DNA of 64,000 nt from an uncultured Oscillospiraceae bacterium. Its GTDB lineage: Bacteria; Bacillota; Clostridia; RUG12999. This document shows positions 30,821 to 40,438 of this stretch, one piece after another. The stretch spans positions 9,415 through 73,414 of the forward strand of contig CAYQKW010000002.1 of assembly GCA_964418245.1 (NCBI GenBank), read 5' to 3'. The translations under genes were made by a program, and so were the position numbers. Each line of letters begins with the position of its first letter. Position 1 is the stretch's first letter. The notes beneath the pieces are model-generated. The model had not been told where the DNA came from. It saw only the letters and a program-made list of their open reading frames with translations, and made no database searches.

Positions 30821-32062
30821 ATGGAAAGATATATTGCACTAAAAATTCTGCTTGGTGTTTTTGAAAACGGAAAATATTCAAATTTGGAAATAAACAGATA
30901 CCTTTCCGATTTGAAAAAAGAAGAAGAAAAGGCACTTGTTACAACAATTGTATACGGTGTTATACAAAATAAAATACGCACAGACCATATAATAAAGACG
31001 TATACCGGAAGAAAAAAGCTTGATTCGGATATTTTGAATATTTTAAGAATGGGCGTATATCAAATAATATTTACCGATAAAATACCGGATTACGCAATTG
31101 TGAACGAAAGCATTAAGTTGGTTCAAAAATGCGGAAAAAATTCGGCAAAAGGATTTGTAAACGCCGTACTTCGCGGAATTATACGAAATGACAAAGAAGT
31201 TAAATATAACAACGAGGATTTTTTGAGTATTTATTATTCATGTCCGAAAGATATATGCGATATGCTGACGAAAGATTTCGGAGCAGATGGCAAACGCATG
31301 ATTGAGCATATAAACGATAAACCTCCGTTTACGGCAAGAATAAATACATTGAAAATAACCGACGATGAATTTGAAAAAATCAGCGGTGAACACACCGAAA
31401 ACGGTGTTGTTTATTTCGGTAAAGGCAGAAGTGTCGCTAACGACGAACTTTATAAAAAAGGATATTATTATCCGCAGGACGTAAATTCAATGATTGCACC
31501 GCTATGGCTCAATCCTCAACCGGGAGAAACCGTGTTTGATATGTGTGCGGCACCCGGCGGAAAAACAACACATATGGCACAGCTTATGAAAAACAAAGGT
31601 GTTATATATGCATTTGATATATATGAACATAAAACGGAACTGATAAAAAAGACGGCAGAACGTCTTGGAGCGGATATAATAAAACCGTTCGTTGCCGATG
31701 CCTGCAAATATGACGAAGCATTGGCGGAAAAAGCCGATAAAATTCTTGCCGATGTTCCGTGCTCGGGTTTCGGGATAATGCGTCGAAAACCGGAAATAAA
31801 GTATACACATAACATGAACGATTCCGCAGAGCTGAGTAAACTACAGTATAAAATACTTGATAATTCGTCAAAATATCTAAAAAAAGGCGGAACATTGGTT
31901 TATTCGACTTGCACGGTATCAAAAATTGAAAACGAATATAATATCGAAAGATTTTTAAAGGAACATAAAAATTTTTCTTTAAAACGGCACAAACAGCTGT
32001 TTATAGAGAAAAACGGCGGAGACGGTTTTTACATAGCCGAAATTATGAAAAACGGGGAATAA
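30821..32062 (+). CDS. rsmB: 16S rRNA (cytosine967-C5)-methyltransferase
   Basis: NusB-like N-domain; DMCAAPGGKT, DVPCSG, YSTCT motifs. Start at ATG 30821. Confidence 0.9.
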   Translation: MERYIALKILLGVFENGKYSNLEINRYLSDLKKEEEKALVTTIVYGVIQNKIRTDHIIKTYTGRKKLDSDILNILRMGVYQIIFTDKIPDYAIVNESIKLVQKCGKNSAKGFVNAVLRGIIRNDKEVKYNNEDFLSIYYSCPKDICDMLTKDFGADGKRMIEHINDKPPFTARINTLKITDDEFEKISGEHTENGVVYFGKGRSVANDELYKKGYYYPQDVNSMIAPLWLNPQPGETVFDMCAAPGGKTTHMAQLMKNKGVIYAFDIYEHKTELIKKTAERLGADIIKPFVADACKYDEALAEKADKILADVPCSGFGIMRRKPEIKYTHNMNDSAELSKLQYKILDNSSKYLKKGGTLVYSTCTVSKIENEYNIERFLKEHKNFSLKRHKQLFIEKNGGDGFYIAEIMKNGE

Positions 32063-32065
32063 AAT

Positions 32066-33091
32066 TTGATTAATTTAAAAGACTTGACCTATGACGAACT
32101 CGAAAAATTTGTTGCGGAATACGGCGGAGAAAAATATCGTGCCGCGCAAATATATTCATGGCTATACAAAGGAGCAGAATCTTTTGATGATATGAGCAAT
32201 ATTTCAAAAAAATTCGCTTCAAAATTAAAAGAGGTTGCATATATAAGTGTACCACATGCCGAAAATAAATATATATCAAAAGACGGCACGTTAAAATATC
32301 TTTGGAGACTCAGTGACGGAGAATATGTTGAAAGTGTTGTAATGGAATATAAACACGGCAGAAGTATTTGCATATCCACGCAAGCGGGATGCAATATGGG
32401 CTGTAAGTTTTGTGCTTCGACCTTGAGCGGAAAAAAACGTGATTTAACTCCCGGAGAAATTATTGACCAAGTTATTTTTGCCATAAAAGACAGCGGAAAA
32501 ATATCGAATATAGTTCTTATGGGAATAGGTGAACCGCTTGATAATTACGACAATGTAGTCAAGTTTTTAAAAAATGTCAATAATGATAAGGGGCTTAATA
32601 TCGGGTATCGGCACATATCGCTTTCAACCTGCGGAATTGTTCCGAAAATATATGAACTTGCGAAAGAAAATATGCCGATAACGCTTTCAATCTCGCTTCA
32701 TGCCCCGTTTGATGATTTAAGAAGCGGTATAATGCCGATAAACCGCAAATATAATATTAACGAACTCATGAAAGCCTGCCGTGATTACATAGACACAACA
32801 GGACGAAGGATAAGCTTTGAATATACGTTGATTAATAATATAAACGACACCGAACGGTGTGCGAAAAAACTTGCGGAACTTGTAAAGGGAATGCTTGCAC
32901 ACGTAAATCTTATTCCGGTAAACGAAGCAAGAAAAAATATGATACGAAGTACAGAAAAAAATGTAAACAAATTTGCCGAAATGCTGTCGCAAAGAAATGT
33001 AAATGTAACAATACGGCGTCAGCTCGGCAATGATATAAAAGCGTCATGCGGACAACTTAGAGCAAAAGCAAGAGGTGAAAATGATGGCTGA
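32066..33091 (+). CDS. rlmN: 23S rRNA/tRNA (adenine-C2)-methyltransferase, radical SAM
   Basis: CNMGCKFCAS cluster motif, GIGEPL, C-terminal SCGQL; TTG start. Confidence 0.95.
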   Translation: MINLKDLTYDELEKFVAEYGGEKYRAAQIYSWLYKGAESFDDMSNISKKFASKLKEVAYISVPHAENKYISKDGTLKYLWRLSDGEYVESVVMEYKHGRSICISTQAGCNMGCKFCASTLSGKKRDLTPGEIIDQVIFAIKDSGKISNIVLMGIGEPLDNYDNVVKFLKNVNNDKGLNIGYRHISLSTCGIVPKIYELAKENMPITLSISLHAPFDDLRSGIMPINRKYNINELMKACRDYIDTTGRRISFEYTLINNINDTERCAKKLAELVKGMLAHVNLIPVNEARKNMIRSTEKNVNKFAEMLSQRNVNVTIRRQLGNDIKASCGQLRAKARGENDG

Positions 33092-33794
33092 AGGATACAG
33101 TATAACAGGCACAAAACACATTGAAAATCAAGACGGATTTTTTATACATGAAGAATATGGCAAACCGTGTATTTATATCGCGGCAGACGGAATGGGCGGT
33201 CATGCTGCCGGCGATGTTGCCGCGAAAACGGCAATCAGCATTATATCAAAAAAATTGAATGTCTTTTCTGCGGAAGCGATAACGGATGCTATTGAAGAAG
33301 CAAACGCAAGCATTCTCGAAAAATCAAAATCAAACCCGGAACTTGAGGGTATGGGTACAACAATTGTGTTATGTATGCGTTTGAATAATAAAGTTATTAT
33401 TGCGCATATCGGCGACAGCAGAGCGTATATAATCGAAAATGGTATCGTAAAGTATGTTACAAAAGACCATTCGTATGTGCAGCAGCTTGTTGACGTCGGA
33501 GAAATATCAGCACAGGAAGCAAAAACGCACCCGATGAAAAATATTATAACAAACGCTGTTGGTGTACAGGATAATGTGGATGTTGACATAACGGAACTGG
33601 AAGTAAACAAAAATTGTATTATAACTCTGTGCAGCGATGGTGTTTCAAATGTTATGACAGACGAACAGCTTGCGGAAATATCGGAATCACAATCGGATAA
33701 TCCGGCGAAAATGCTCTGTGAAGAAGCTCAGAAACTCGGAAGCAGCGATGATGTTACGGCTATAGTTATTAATTTGCGGGGTGACATATTATGA
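33081..33794 (+). CDS. stp: PP2C-family Ser/Thr phosphatase
   Basis: ADGMGGHAAG, GDSRAY, LCSDGV. Start moved to ATG 33081 (ORF-track GTG is part of the AGAGGTG SD). Confidence 0.9.
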   Translation: MMAEGYSITGTKHIENQDGFFIHEEYGKPCIYIAADGMGGHAAGDVAAKTAISIISKKLNVFSAEAITDAIEEANASILEKSKSNPELEGMGTTIVLCMRLNNKVIIAHIGDSRAYIIENGIVKYVTKDHSYVQQLVDVGEISAQEAKTHPMKNIITNAVGVQDNVDVDITELEVNKNCIITLCSDGVSNVMTDEQLAEISESQSDNPAKMLCEEAQKLGSSDDVTAIVINLRGDIL

Positions 33795-35563
33795 TTGGTA
33801 CTATTTTAGGAAACAGATATGAAATTGAAAAAATAATCGGTAGCGGAGGCATGGCGATTGTATACAAAGCAACAGACAGACTTTTAAACAGATATGTTGC
33901 GATTAAGATGCTTAGAGAAGAACTGAAGGACGACAAAGAATTTGTGGAGCGTTTCAGGGTTGAGGCGCAGTCGGCGGCAAGTCTTAATCACAGTAATATT
34001 GTATCGGTTTACGATGTCGGTCAAGAGGACGGACTTGATTATTTTGTTATGGAATATATTGATGGTTCAACACTTAAAGAAAGAATACAGGCCGGACCGA
34101 TAGGCTGGAAAACAGCATGCAAATATGCGGCTCAGATATGTAACGCAATTGAACACGCACACCGAAAAAATATTGTTCACCGCGATATAAAACCGCATAA
34201 TATCATGCTTACAAAAGATGATACAATAAAAGTAACAGACTTTGGGATTGCTCGGGCCGTAACCTCGTCAACAATTGTACGTCAGGGAAATGTTATAGGG
34301 TCGGTACACTATTTTTCGCCCGAACAGGCATGCGGTGGTGTTGTGGACTTTAAATCCGATATATATTCAATCGGTGTCGTTCTTTATGAAATGCTTACCG
34401 GCAGAGTGCCGTTTGAAGCGGAAAATTCCGTTGCTGTCGCAAAAATGCATGTTGATATGCAACCGGAATCGCCGCAGAAGTTTAATCCGACAATACCGGT
34501 ACAGCTTGGCGAAATAGTTCTTAAGGCAATGTCAAAACAACCGGCAAAGCGTTATGCCTGTGCGGCGGATTTTGAAGAAGACTTGAAAAAGGTGACGGTG
34601 TCGCCGGCATCTGTTAAAATTGAAGATGAAGACGCAACTCAGTTTATTCCGGTAATAACGGCAGACACCAAAAGAACCGGACATCCGGAGATTTCCGAAG
34701 ATAGGTCTCACGTTGAAAATAACAGTAAGAAAAATGAAAATCAAAAAAATTATACAGCAGCATGGATTGTTTCTGCGGCAGTACTTATAATCTGTGTATT
34801 CACCGTCTTTTATTTCATTGGTGCAACCGGAAAAAACGACGAAGACATACCTTATCTTGTAGGGAAAAATTATCAGGAAGTCATAGAGGAATATACGGAT
34901 GAAAGTTTCAAAATCGAACTTGATTCGGAAAAAAACAGCAGCAAAGAAGCCGGAACAATAATATCTCAAACCCCCGAAACCGGTAAAGTCAGCAAAACGC
35001 CTGTAATTAAGGTTGTTGTGAGCAAGGGCAAAAACAGTGCTGTTCTCACAAATTATGTCGGCAAGGATATAGAAGATGTCACAGAAGAACTCGATTCGCT
35101 CGGTTTCACCAACGTTTCCGTTGAATACGACAGCCATGCGACGTATCCGAAAAACACAGTTTACAAACAATCTCCTGGAAAAGGAAGCAGTGTAAACAAA
35201 GATGAAAAAATAACCATTTATGTGAGTAACGGAAATGATGATATAAAAGTTAAAGTGCCTCTTGTTAAAGGATATACAAAATCAGTTGCACAATCCACAC
35301 TTGAAGCGGTAGGTTTAACTCTCGGCGAAGTTCAAGAGGAATATTCATCAAAACCGGAGGGTGAAGTGATTGAACAGGTAATTGTAGCGGGGACGGAAGT
35401 AAAAGTCGGAACAAGTATATCAATCACAGTCAGTTTAGGGACAGCTCCAACGCCGAAGCCGACACCGAAACCGACGCAGACGGCAACGCCGAAGCCGACA
35501 CCGACAACGACACCTGAACCGTCATCTACTCCGTCGCAGGAGTTGCCGGAAACGGAGGAATAA
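33791..35563 (+). CDS. prkC: Ser/Thr protein kinase with three PASTA domains
   Basis: GSGGMAIVYKA...AIK, HRDIKPHN, DFGIA; one TM; three PASTA repeats; Pro/Thr-rich C-terminal tail. Confidence 0.95.
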   Translation: MIGTILGNRYEIEKIIGSGGMAIVYKATDRLLNRYVAIKMLREELKDDKEFVERFRVEAQSAASLNHSNIVSVYDVGQEDGLDYFVMEYIDGSTLKERIQAGPIGWKTACKYAAQICNAIEHAHRKNIVHRDIKPHNIMLTKDDTIKVTDFGIARAVTSSTIVRQGNVIGSVHYFSPEQACGGVVDFKSDIYSIGVVLYEMLTGRVPFEAENSVAVAKMHVDMQPESPQKFNPTIPVQLGEIVLKAMSKQPAKRYACAADFEEDLKKVTVSPASVKIEDEDATQFIPVITADTKRTGHPEISEDRSHVENNSKKNENQKNYTAAWIVSAAVLIICVFTVFYFIGATGKNDEDIPYLVGKNYQEVIEEYTDESFKIELDSEKNSSKEAGTIISQTPETGKVSKTPVIKVVVSKGKNSAVLTNYVGKDIEDVTEELDSLGFTNVSVEYDSHATYPKNTVYKQSPGKGSSVNKDEKITIYVSNGNDDIKVKVPLVKGYTKSVAQSTLEAVGLTLGEVQEEYSSKPEGEVIEQVIVAGTEVKVGTSISITVSLGTAPTPKPTPKPTQTATPKPTPTTTPEPSSTPSQELPETEE

Positions 35564-36436
35564 GTGCTTAAAGGAACGATTCTTAAGGGTATAGGCGGAT
35601 TTTATTATATCAATACCGAAAACGGTATCTATGAATGCAAGGCACGCGGAATATTCCGTAAAAACAAAATAATTCCGGTTGCCGGCGATATTTGCGAAAT
35701 AGAAGAAATTTCGGATTCTGTAGGCAATATTACGGAAATTCATGCAAGGAAAAATGAATTTATCCGTCCGCCCATAGCAAATATAGATAATATGTTTATT
35801 GTGTTTGCCGCGGCAAATCCTTCACCGGTAACATTGCTTATTGATAAACTTACCGTAATTGCATTAAAGCAGGGGATAACCCCGATTATTGTAATTAACA
35901 AAATGGATTTGTCCGATGCCGAAACGGAAACATATGCAAATGCATATCGTCTTGCGGGTTTTGACGTTGTTTGCATTTCGGCAAAAAACGGTGAAAACGC
36001 CGAACATATAAAGAAATATTTAAAAAATAAACTTTCCGTATTTGCCGGCTGTTCAGGTGTCGGAAAATCAAGTATTTTAAATATGCTTGCACCGGAAGCG
36101 GATTTTGAAACGGGAAGTATAAGCGAAAAAATAAAGCGTGGGAAAAATACAACAAGAGAGGTTGTTCTTTTTCCGTCGGACGGTGGATATATTGCCGACA
36201 CGCCGGGATTTTCGTTTTTGGAAATAACAGATATTAAAGCAGAAGAGCTTGAAAATTATTTCCGTGAATTTAAAGATTATACATATGACTGTCGTTTCAG
36301 AGGATGCCGTCATATAAACGAACCCGACTGCGGAGTGAAAAAAGCTCTTTCCGAAAACAAAATAGGCGCAACCAGGTATCAAAGTTATATTCAAATATAC
36401 AATAAATTAAAAGATATAAAGGAATGGAAAAAATGA
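35564..36436 (+). CDS. rsgA: Ribosome small-subunit-dependent GTPase A
   Basis: NKMDL, GCSGVGKSS, zinc knuckle CRFRGCRHINEPDC; GTG start directly after the prkC stop. Confidence 0.93.
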   Translation: MLKGTILKGIGGFYYINTENGIYECKARGIFRKNKIIPVAGDICEIEEISDSVGNITEIHARKNEFIRPPIANIDNMFIVFAAANPSPVTLLIDKLTVIALKQGITPIIVINKMDLSDAETETYANAYRLAGFDVVCISAKNGENAEHIKKYLKNKLSVFAGCSGVGKSSILNMLAPEADFETGSISEKIKRGKNTTREVVLFPSDGGYIADTPGFSFLEITDIKAEELENYFREFKDYTYDCRFRGCRHINEPDCGVKKALSENKIGATRYQSYIQIYNKLKDIKEWKK

Positions 36437-37077
36437 TTAAAGTAGCACCATCAATTTTATCGGCTGATATATTAAATCTTGGCGCAGATATTAAAAAAGT
36501 TATCGACGGCGGAGCGGATATGCTTCATATAGATATAATGGACGGGCATTTTGTTCCGAATTTAACATTCGGGCCGTCTGTTGTTAAGGCTTTGAGAAAA
36601 ATCACGGATACGGTTTTGGATGTGCATCTCATGCTTAAAAATCCGTTGGATTATATTGATGTTTTTGCCGAAGCCGGTGCGGATATTATAACAATTCACG
36701 CCGAAGCCGAAAGCGATATTGATTTGTGTATTGAAAAAATACATTCACACGGCATAAAAGCCGGACTTGCAATAAACCCCGATACTCCCGCGGAACCGTA
36801 TTTTGAATATGCAAACAAAGTTGATATGATTCTTATTATGAGTGTATATCCGGGTTTCGGAGGACAAAAGTTTATTTCCGATGTTTTGTTTAAAGTACAA
36901 AAACTTAAAAACGCATTGTCTGCTCCTTTCGATATTGAAATAGACGGCGGTATAAATCCGGTAACCGCAAAAGAGGCGGTTTGTGCCGGAGCCAACATAC
37001 TTGTTGCCGGAAGTGCTGTTTTCGGAGCTGAAAATCCGGCTGACATTATACGGCAAATAGGTGGAGCAAATGAATAA
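36433..37077 (+). CDS. rpe: Ribulose-phosphate 3-epimerase
   Basis: APSILSAD, HIDIMDGHFVPN, YPGFGGQKF. ATG 36433 (ATGA overlap with rsgA stop) preferred over 36424. Confidence 0.95.
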   Translation: MIKVAPSILSADILNLGADIKKVIDGGADMLHIDIMDGHFVPNLTFGPSVVKALRKITDTVLDVHLMLKNPLDYIDVFAEAGADIITIHAEAESDIDLCIEKIHSHGIKAGLAINPDTPAEPYFEYANKVDMILIMSVYPGFGGQKFISDVLFKVQKLKNALSAPFDIEIDGGINPVTAKEAVCAGANILVAGSAVFGAENPADIIRQIGGANE

Positions 37078-37687
37078 AACGGCTGTAATATTCTGCGGCG
37101 GTGATTATGTTAGTGCCGAAAGATTAAGTTTTGTCGAAAATCCATATATTATATGTGCCGACGGTGGATATGACAATGCGCTGAAAGCCGGATTTACGCC
37201 CGATATTATTATCGGTGACTTTGATTCCGTCTGTGCGGAAATACCAAAGAATATCCCTATCTTAAAGCTTCCCGTCCGCAAGGATGCAACAGATACCCAG
37301 GTTTGTGTGGATTATCTTATAGAACAGGGATATACAAAAGCATATATGATATGTGCCGTGGGCGGAAGAATAGACCACACCATGGCGAATACGTCACTTC
37401 TTGCATACGGAATCCGCAGGAATACGGAAATAACGATTATCGGTGAGGATTTTCATATGTTTCCTATAGTAGGGAAAAAGTTCCTGAACGGAAATCCGGG
37501 AGAAATTTTTTCGGTATTTCCATACGGCGGAAATTGTACGGGTGTTACGGAAAAAGGATTTGAATATACATTGAACGGCGAAACGCTCTTTTTCGATACA
37601 CCGCTCGGAATAAGCAATGTATTCGAGAAAAATATCGCAAGTGTGGAAGTGGAAAGCGGAATACTCATTGCCGTACATTATAAATGA
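37070..37687 (+). CDS. thiN: Thiamine pyrophosphokinase
   Basis: VIFCGGD, GDFDS, GGRIDH motifs. Start ambiguous (GTG 37061 or ATG 37070). Confidence 0.85.
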   Translation: MNKTAVIFCGGDYVSAERLSFVENPYIICADGGYDNALKAGFTPDIIIGDFDSVCAEIPKNIPILKLPVRKDATDTQVCVDYLIEQGYTKAYMICAVGGRIDHTMANTSLLAYGIRRNTEITIIGEDFHMFPIVGKKFLNGNPGEIFSVFPYGGNCTGVTEKGFEYTLNGETLFFDTPLGISNVFEKNIASVEVESGILIAVHYK

Positions 37688-38844
37688 GGAGGGGGATTGT
37701 ATTGAATGCCGTACTTGATAAGAAACCGAAAATTAAAAAAATCAGAAATTTAAAAAAATTTGCCGTTATTTTTGTTTTGGCATTTATCATCGCTCTTTTG
37801 ATTGTCAATGCAGAGTATATAGTTGAAATGTTGCCCGTTTCAACAGTTTCCGAATATACTTTGTCCGCAGATGAAACAAGACAATACATACCTTTTGACA
37901 ATTATATTCTTGTATGTGACAGAAATGGTATAACAGCTGTCAATAAATTCGGAAAAGAAAAATGGAAAGTGACGGAAATGCTTGATATTCCGATTATTGC
38001 AGTGTCAAAAAACGAAATTGCGGTTGCCGCGACCGGCGGTACCGAGATATTCCGAATAGATAAAAACGGAAAATATACATCAATATTAACCGATAATCCC
38101 ATAATAAATTTAAAACTCACCGATAACGGTATATTGCTTTCGATTACCGATAAAAAAATGTATAAGGGCGGCGTTACCGTTTTTGATAAAAAGGGAAACA
38201 GGCTTTTTAATTGGTGGTCCGGTGAAAATCGGTTTATAGATGCATCGGTAACAACCGATAAGATACTGGCAATAAGCAGTTTAATTACAGATAATAACAG
38301 TCTCCGAACCGAGATTGCGTATTTCAATTTGAATAAAAGCAGTAAAAAATATACTTCTGTCGAACTTGACGGGTTTGTCAACTGTATAAAGTGGATAACG
38401 GACGATAAGCTTATCGCAGTAAGCGAGAATAAAGTATCTGTCTATAATACAAACGGCAAGGAACGCTGGTCAAACGATTTTGAAAAAAATATAATTAATT
38501 ACTACAGCATTGAGAATAAAAACAATCTTGTTTTCGTTTCCGGCGGAGGCTCATACGATAAAAATATGAATGTTGTAAGTTTTAATGCAAACGGCAGATT
38601 GAATGGGTCTTTTGAATATAAAAATGAAATTGTAAAAATGAAAACAAATTCCGGAAGCATAATGTTTGTGTCGAGCAACGGAGTAACTTTGGTCAACAAG
38701 AACGGAAAACGTTTGAGAACTTCGGAAGAAGCCGGAAGCCCGTATGAAGCCTGCCTGTTCAGAAAAGGCAACCGGGTATTTGCGGACTGCGGAAACACTG
38801 CAAGACTGTTTTATTGCAACAGAGCAATACATATAGGAGACTAA
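37684..38844 (+). CDS. Membrane-anchored hypothetical protein with propeller-like internal repeats
   Basis: 386 aa; basic N-terminus then one TM (FAVIFVLAFIIALLIV). Recurring turns DRNGI, DKNGK, DKKGN, NTNGK, NANGR, NKNGK about every 40-50 residues. In-frame TTG 37702 behind AGGAGGGGG is a better-spaced start. Confidence 0.6.
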   Translation: MRRGIVLNAVLDKKPKIKKIRNLKKFAVIFVLAFIIALLIVNAEYIVEMLPVSTVSEYTLSADETRQYIPFDNYILVCDRNGITAVNKFGKEKWKVTEMLDIPIIAVSKNEIAVAATGGTEIFRIDKNGKYTSILTDNPIINLKLTDNGILLSITDKKMYKGGVTVFDKKGNRLFNWWSGENRFIDASVTTDKILAISSLITDNNSLRTEIAYFNLNKSSKKYTSVELDGFVNCIKWITDDKLIAVSENKVSVYNTNGKERWSNDFEKNIINYYSIENKNNLVFVSGGGSYDKNMNVVSFNANGRLNGSFEYKNEIVKMKTNSGSIMFVSSNGVTLVNKNGKRLRTSEEAGSPYEACLFRKGNRVFADCGNTARLFYCNRAIHIGD

Positions 38845-38845
38845 A

Positions 38846-39466
38846 ATGGTACTTGATATTATATTTTTATTAATAATCATAATGTGTATTTATTACGGTT
38901 TTAAAAAGGGGATGCTAAAAACAATCGCATCGCTTGCGACAATGCTTGCGGGAATGTGGGTTGCAATGTATTTTTACCGTTCTTTTATAATGTTTTTGGA
39001 ACGGATACCTGTAATAAACAATATGCTTGTTGAAATTAAAAAAAGTATTTATAAAATTTTAATACTTAAGCTTGATGAAAGCGGAATATCTGATTTTTTC
39101 AAAGGGCTTGTAGGTCAAAATGTTATAAATCAAGGCAATTCGGCGGTTGCAAACGCTGTTACCAACATTATTTATTCGGTAACAATGATGCTTATACTGC
39201 TTGTTGCCGTAAAATCTGGGCTGGCTCTCGCAGTTAAAATTATCGGGATATTCGAACATTTGCCTGTTGTTAAACAAGTAAACCGTGTACTCGGCGGTGC
39301 TGTGGGGCTTTTTAACGGAATACTGATATGTTATGTCGCGGCAACGATTATATTTGTGATTATGGCAAATACGGATACAAAATTGCTTACGGATAGTGTC
39401 GGCAAATCAAACATCGCAAAATATTTTTTTGATACAAATATTATAATTAAAGCAATATTAAGATAA
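38846..39466 (+). CDS. cvpA: CvpA-family membrane protein
   Basis: 206 aa, 4 TM; N-terminus MVLDIIFLLIIIMCIYYGFKKGMLKT typical of CvpA. Confidence 0.7.
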   Translation: MVLDIIFLLIIIMCIYYGFKKGMLKTIASLATMLAGMWVAMYFYRSFIMFLERIPVINNMLVEIKKSIYKILILKLDESGISDFFKGLVGQNVINQGNSAVANAVTNIIYSVTMMLILLVAVKSGLALAVKIIGIFEHLPVVKQVNRVLGGAVGLFNGILICYVAATIIFVIMANTDTKLLTDSVGKSNIAKYFFDTNIIIKAILR

Positions 39467-39487
39467 TGCCTGAAAGGAGAAAGAATA

Positions 39488-40438
39488 ATGGCAGGTTTTT
39501 TTGGATTTTTTGATTATCAAAAAGAAGGGAAAGGGGTTCGTAAAGACGAACCGCAGAAAAAGGGGATAGCAAGATTTTTTGAACTGTTCTTGCGTAAATT
39601 CTGGAAATATATGCAAATAAGTATGCTGTATTTTATCACGTGTATACCGGCAATACTGTTTTATTATTTTCTTGCAATGTTACTTTTCGGCGATATTATA
39701 ACGAATGCACCGGAAACCTCTGTTGTTGCAACATGGTATGTGAATCTGCTTGTAATATTTTTTGCCGCATCACCGTTCAAAGCCGGTTTTACTTACATTT
39801 TAAGGAATTTTGTAAGGGAAGACCATGCATGGGTATTCAGTGACTTTTGGGCACATACCAAAAACAATTTTAAACAAGCAATCTCGGTATTTCTCATTGA
39901 CCTTGCAATACTTACGCTGTTTACAATAAACTTAAGATTTTATATGCTTATGTCGGGAAGAGGGATTCTGTATGCCGCTGCCTGCGGAATAAATCTGCTC
40001 ATTATATTTATATACATTTCAATGCAACCGTATATGTGGTCTATGATGGTAACATTCAGACTGACGCTTAAACAAATGTATAAAAATGCATTTATCTTCT
40101 CGGTATTGGGGATAAAAAGAAATCTGATTATATTTGTTGTTAATGCCGGAGTTTATCTGTTGCTGGCAAATTTTTTACAGCCTGTGTTCATAGCATTTTT
40201 ATATTTTCTTGTTTTGCTTGCGGCAAGCGGACTTGTTGCACAGATGAACATTCAGCCGGTGATAAAAAAATATATGCTTGATAAACTCGAAACACAAACC
40301 GAAGAAGAAGAAAAAACCATTGTTTATGACGACGAAGAAGATTTCGATGACAGCGACATACCCGAACCAATCGGAGAAAATGATGTTGCCGCACTATTTA
40401 ACAAACGTAAAGACGGAGATGATGGTTATGATGATTAA
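39488..40438 (+). CDS. DUF624 (YesL-like) membrane protein with acidic C-terminal tail
   Basis: ARFFELFLRKFWKYMQISMLYFITCIP N-terminal pattern, about 6 TM; tail EEEEKTIVYDDEEDFDDSD... Confidence 0.65.
   Translation: MAGFFGFFDYQKEGKGVRKDEPQKKGIARFFELFLRKFWKYMQISMLYFITCIPAILFYYFLAMLLFGDIITNAPETSVVATWYVNLLVIFFAASPFKAGFTYILRNFVREDHAWVFSDFWAHTKNNFKQAISVFLIDLAILTLFTINLRFYMLMSGRGILYAAACGINLLIIFIYISMQPYMWSMMVTFRLTLKQMYKNAFIFSVLGIKRNLIIFVVNAGVYLLLANFLQPVFIAFLYFLVLLAASGLVAQMNIQPVIKKYMLDKLETQTEEEEKTIVYDDEEDFDDSDIPEPIGENDVAALFNKRKDGDDGYDD

Noticed and set aside
35440-35560. Repetitive ccgac/ccgaa DNA at the prkC 3' end
   Set aside because: It encodes a Pro/Thr/Lys-rich low-complexity linker (TPKPTPKPTQTATPKPTPTTTPEP). 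It is not a regular tandem or CRISPR-like repeat.
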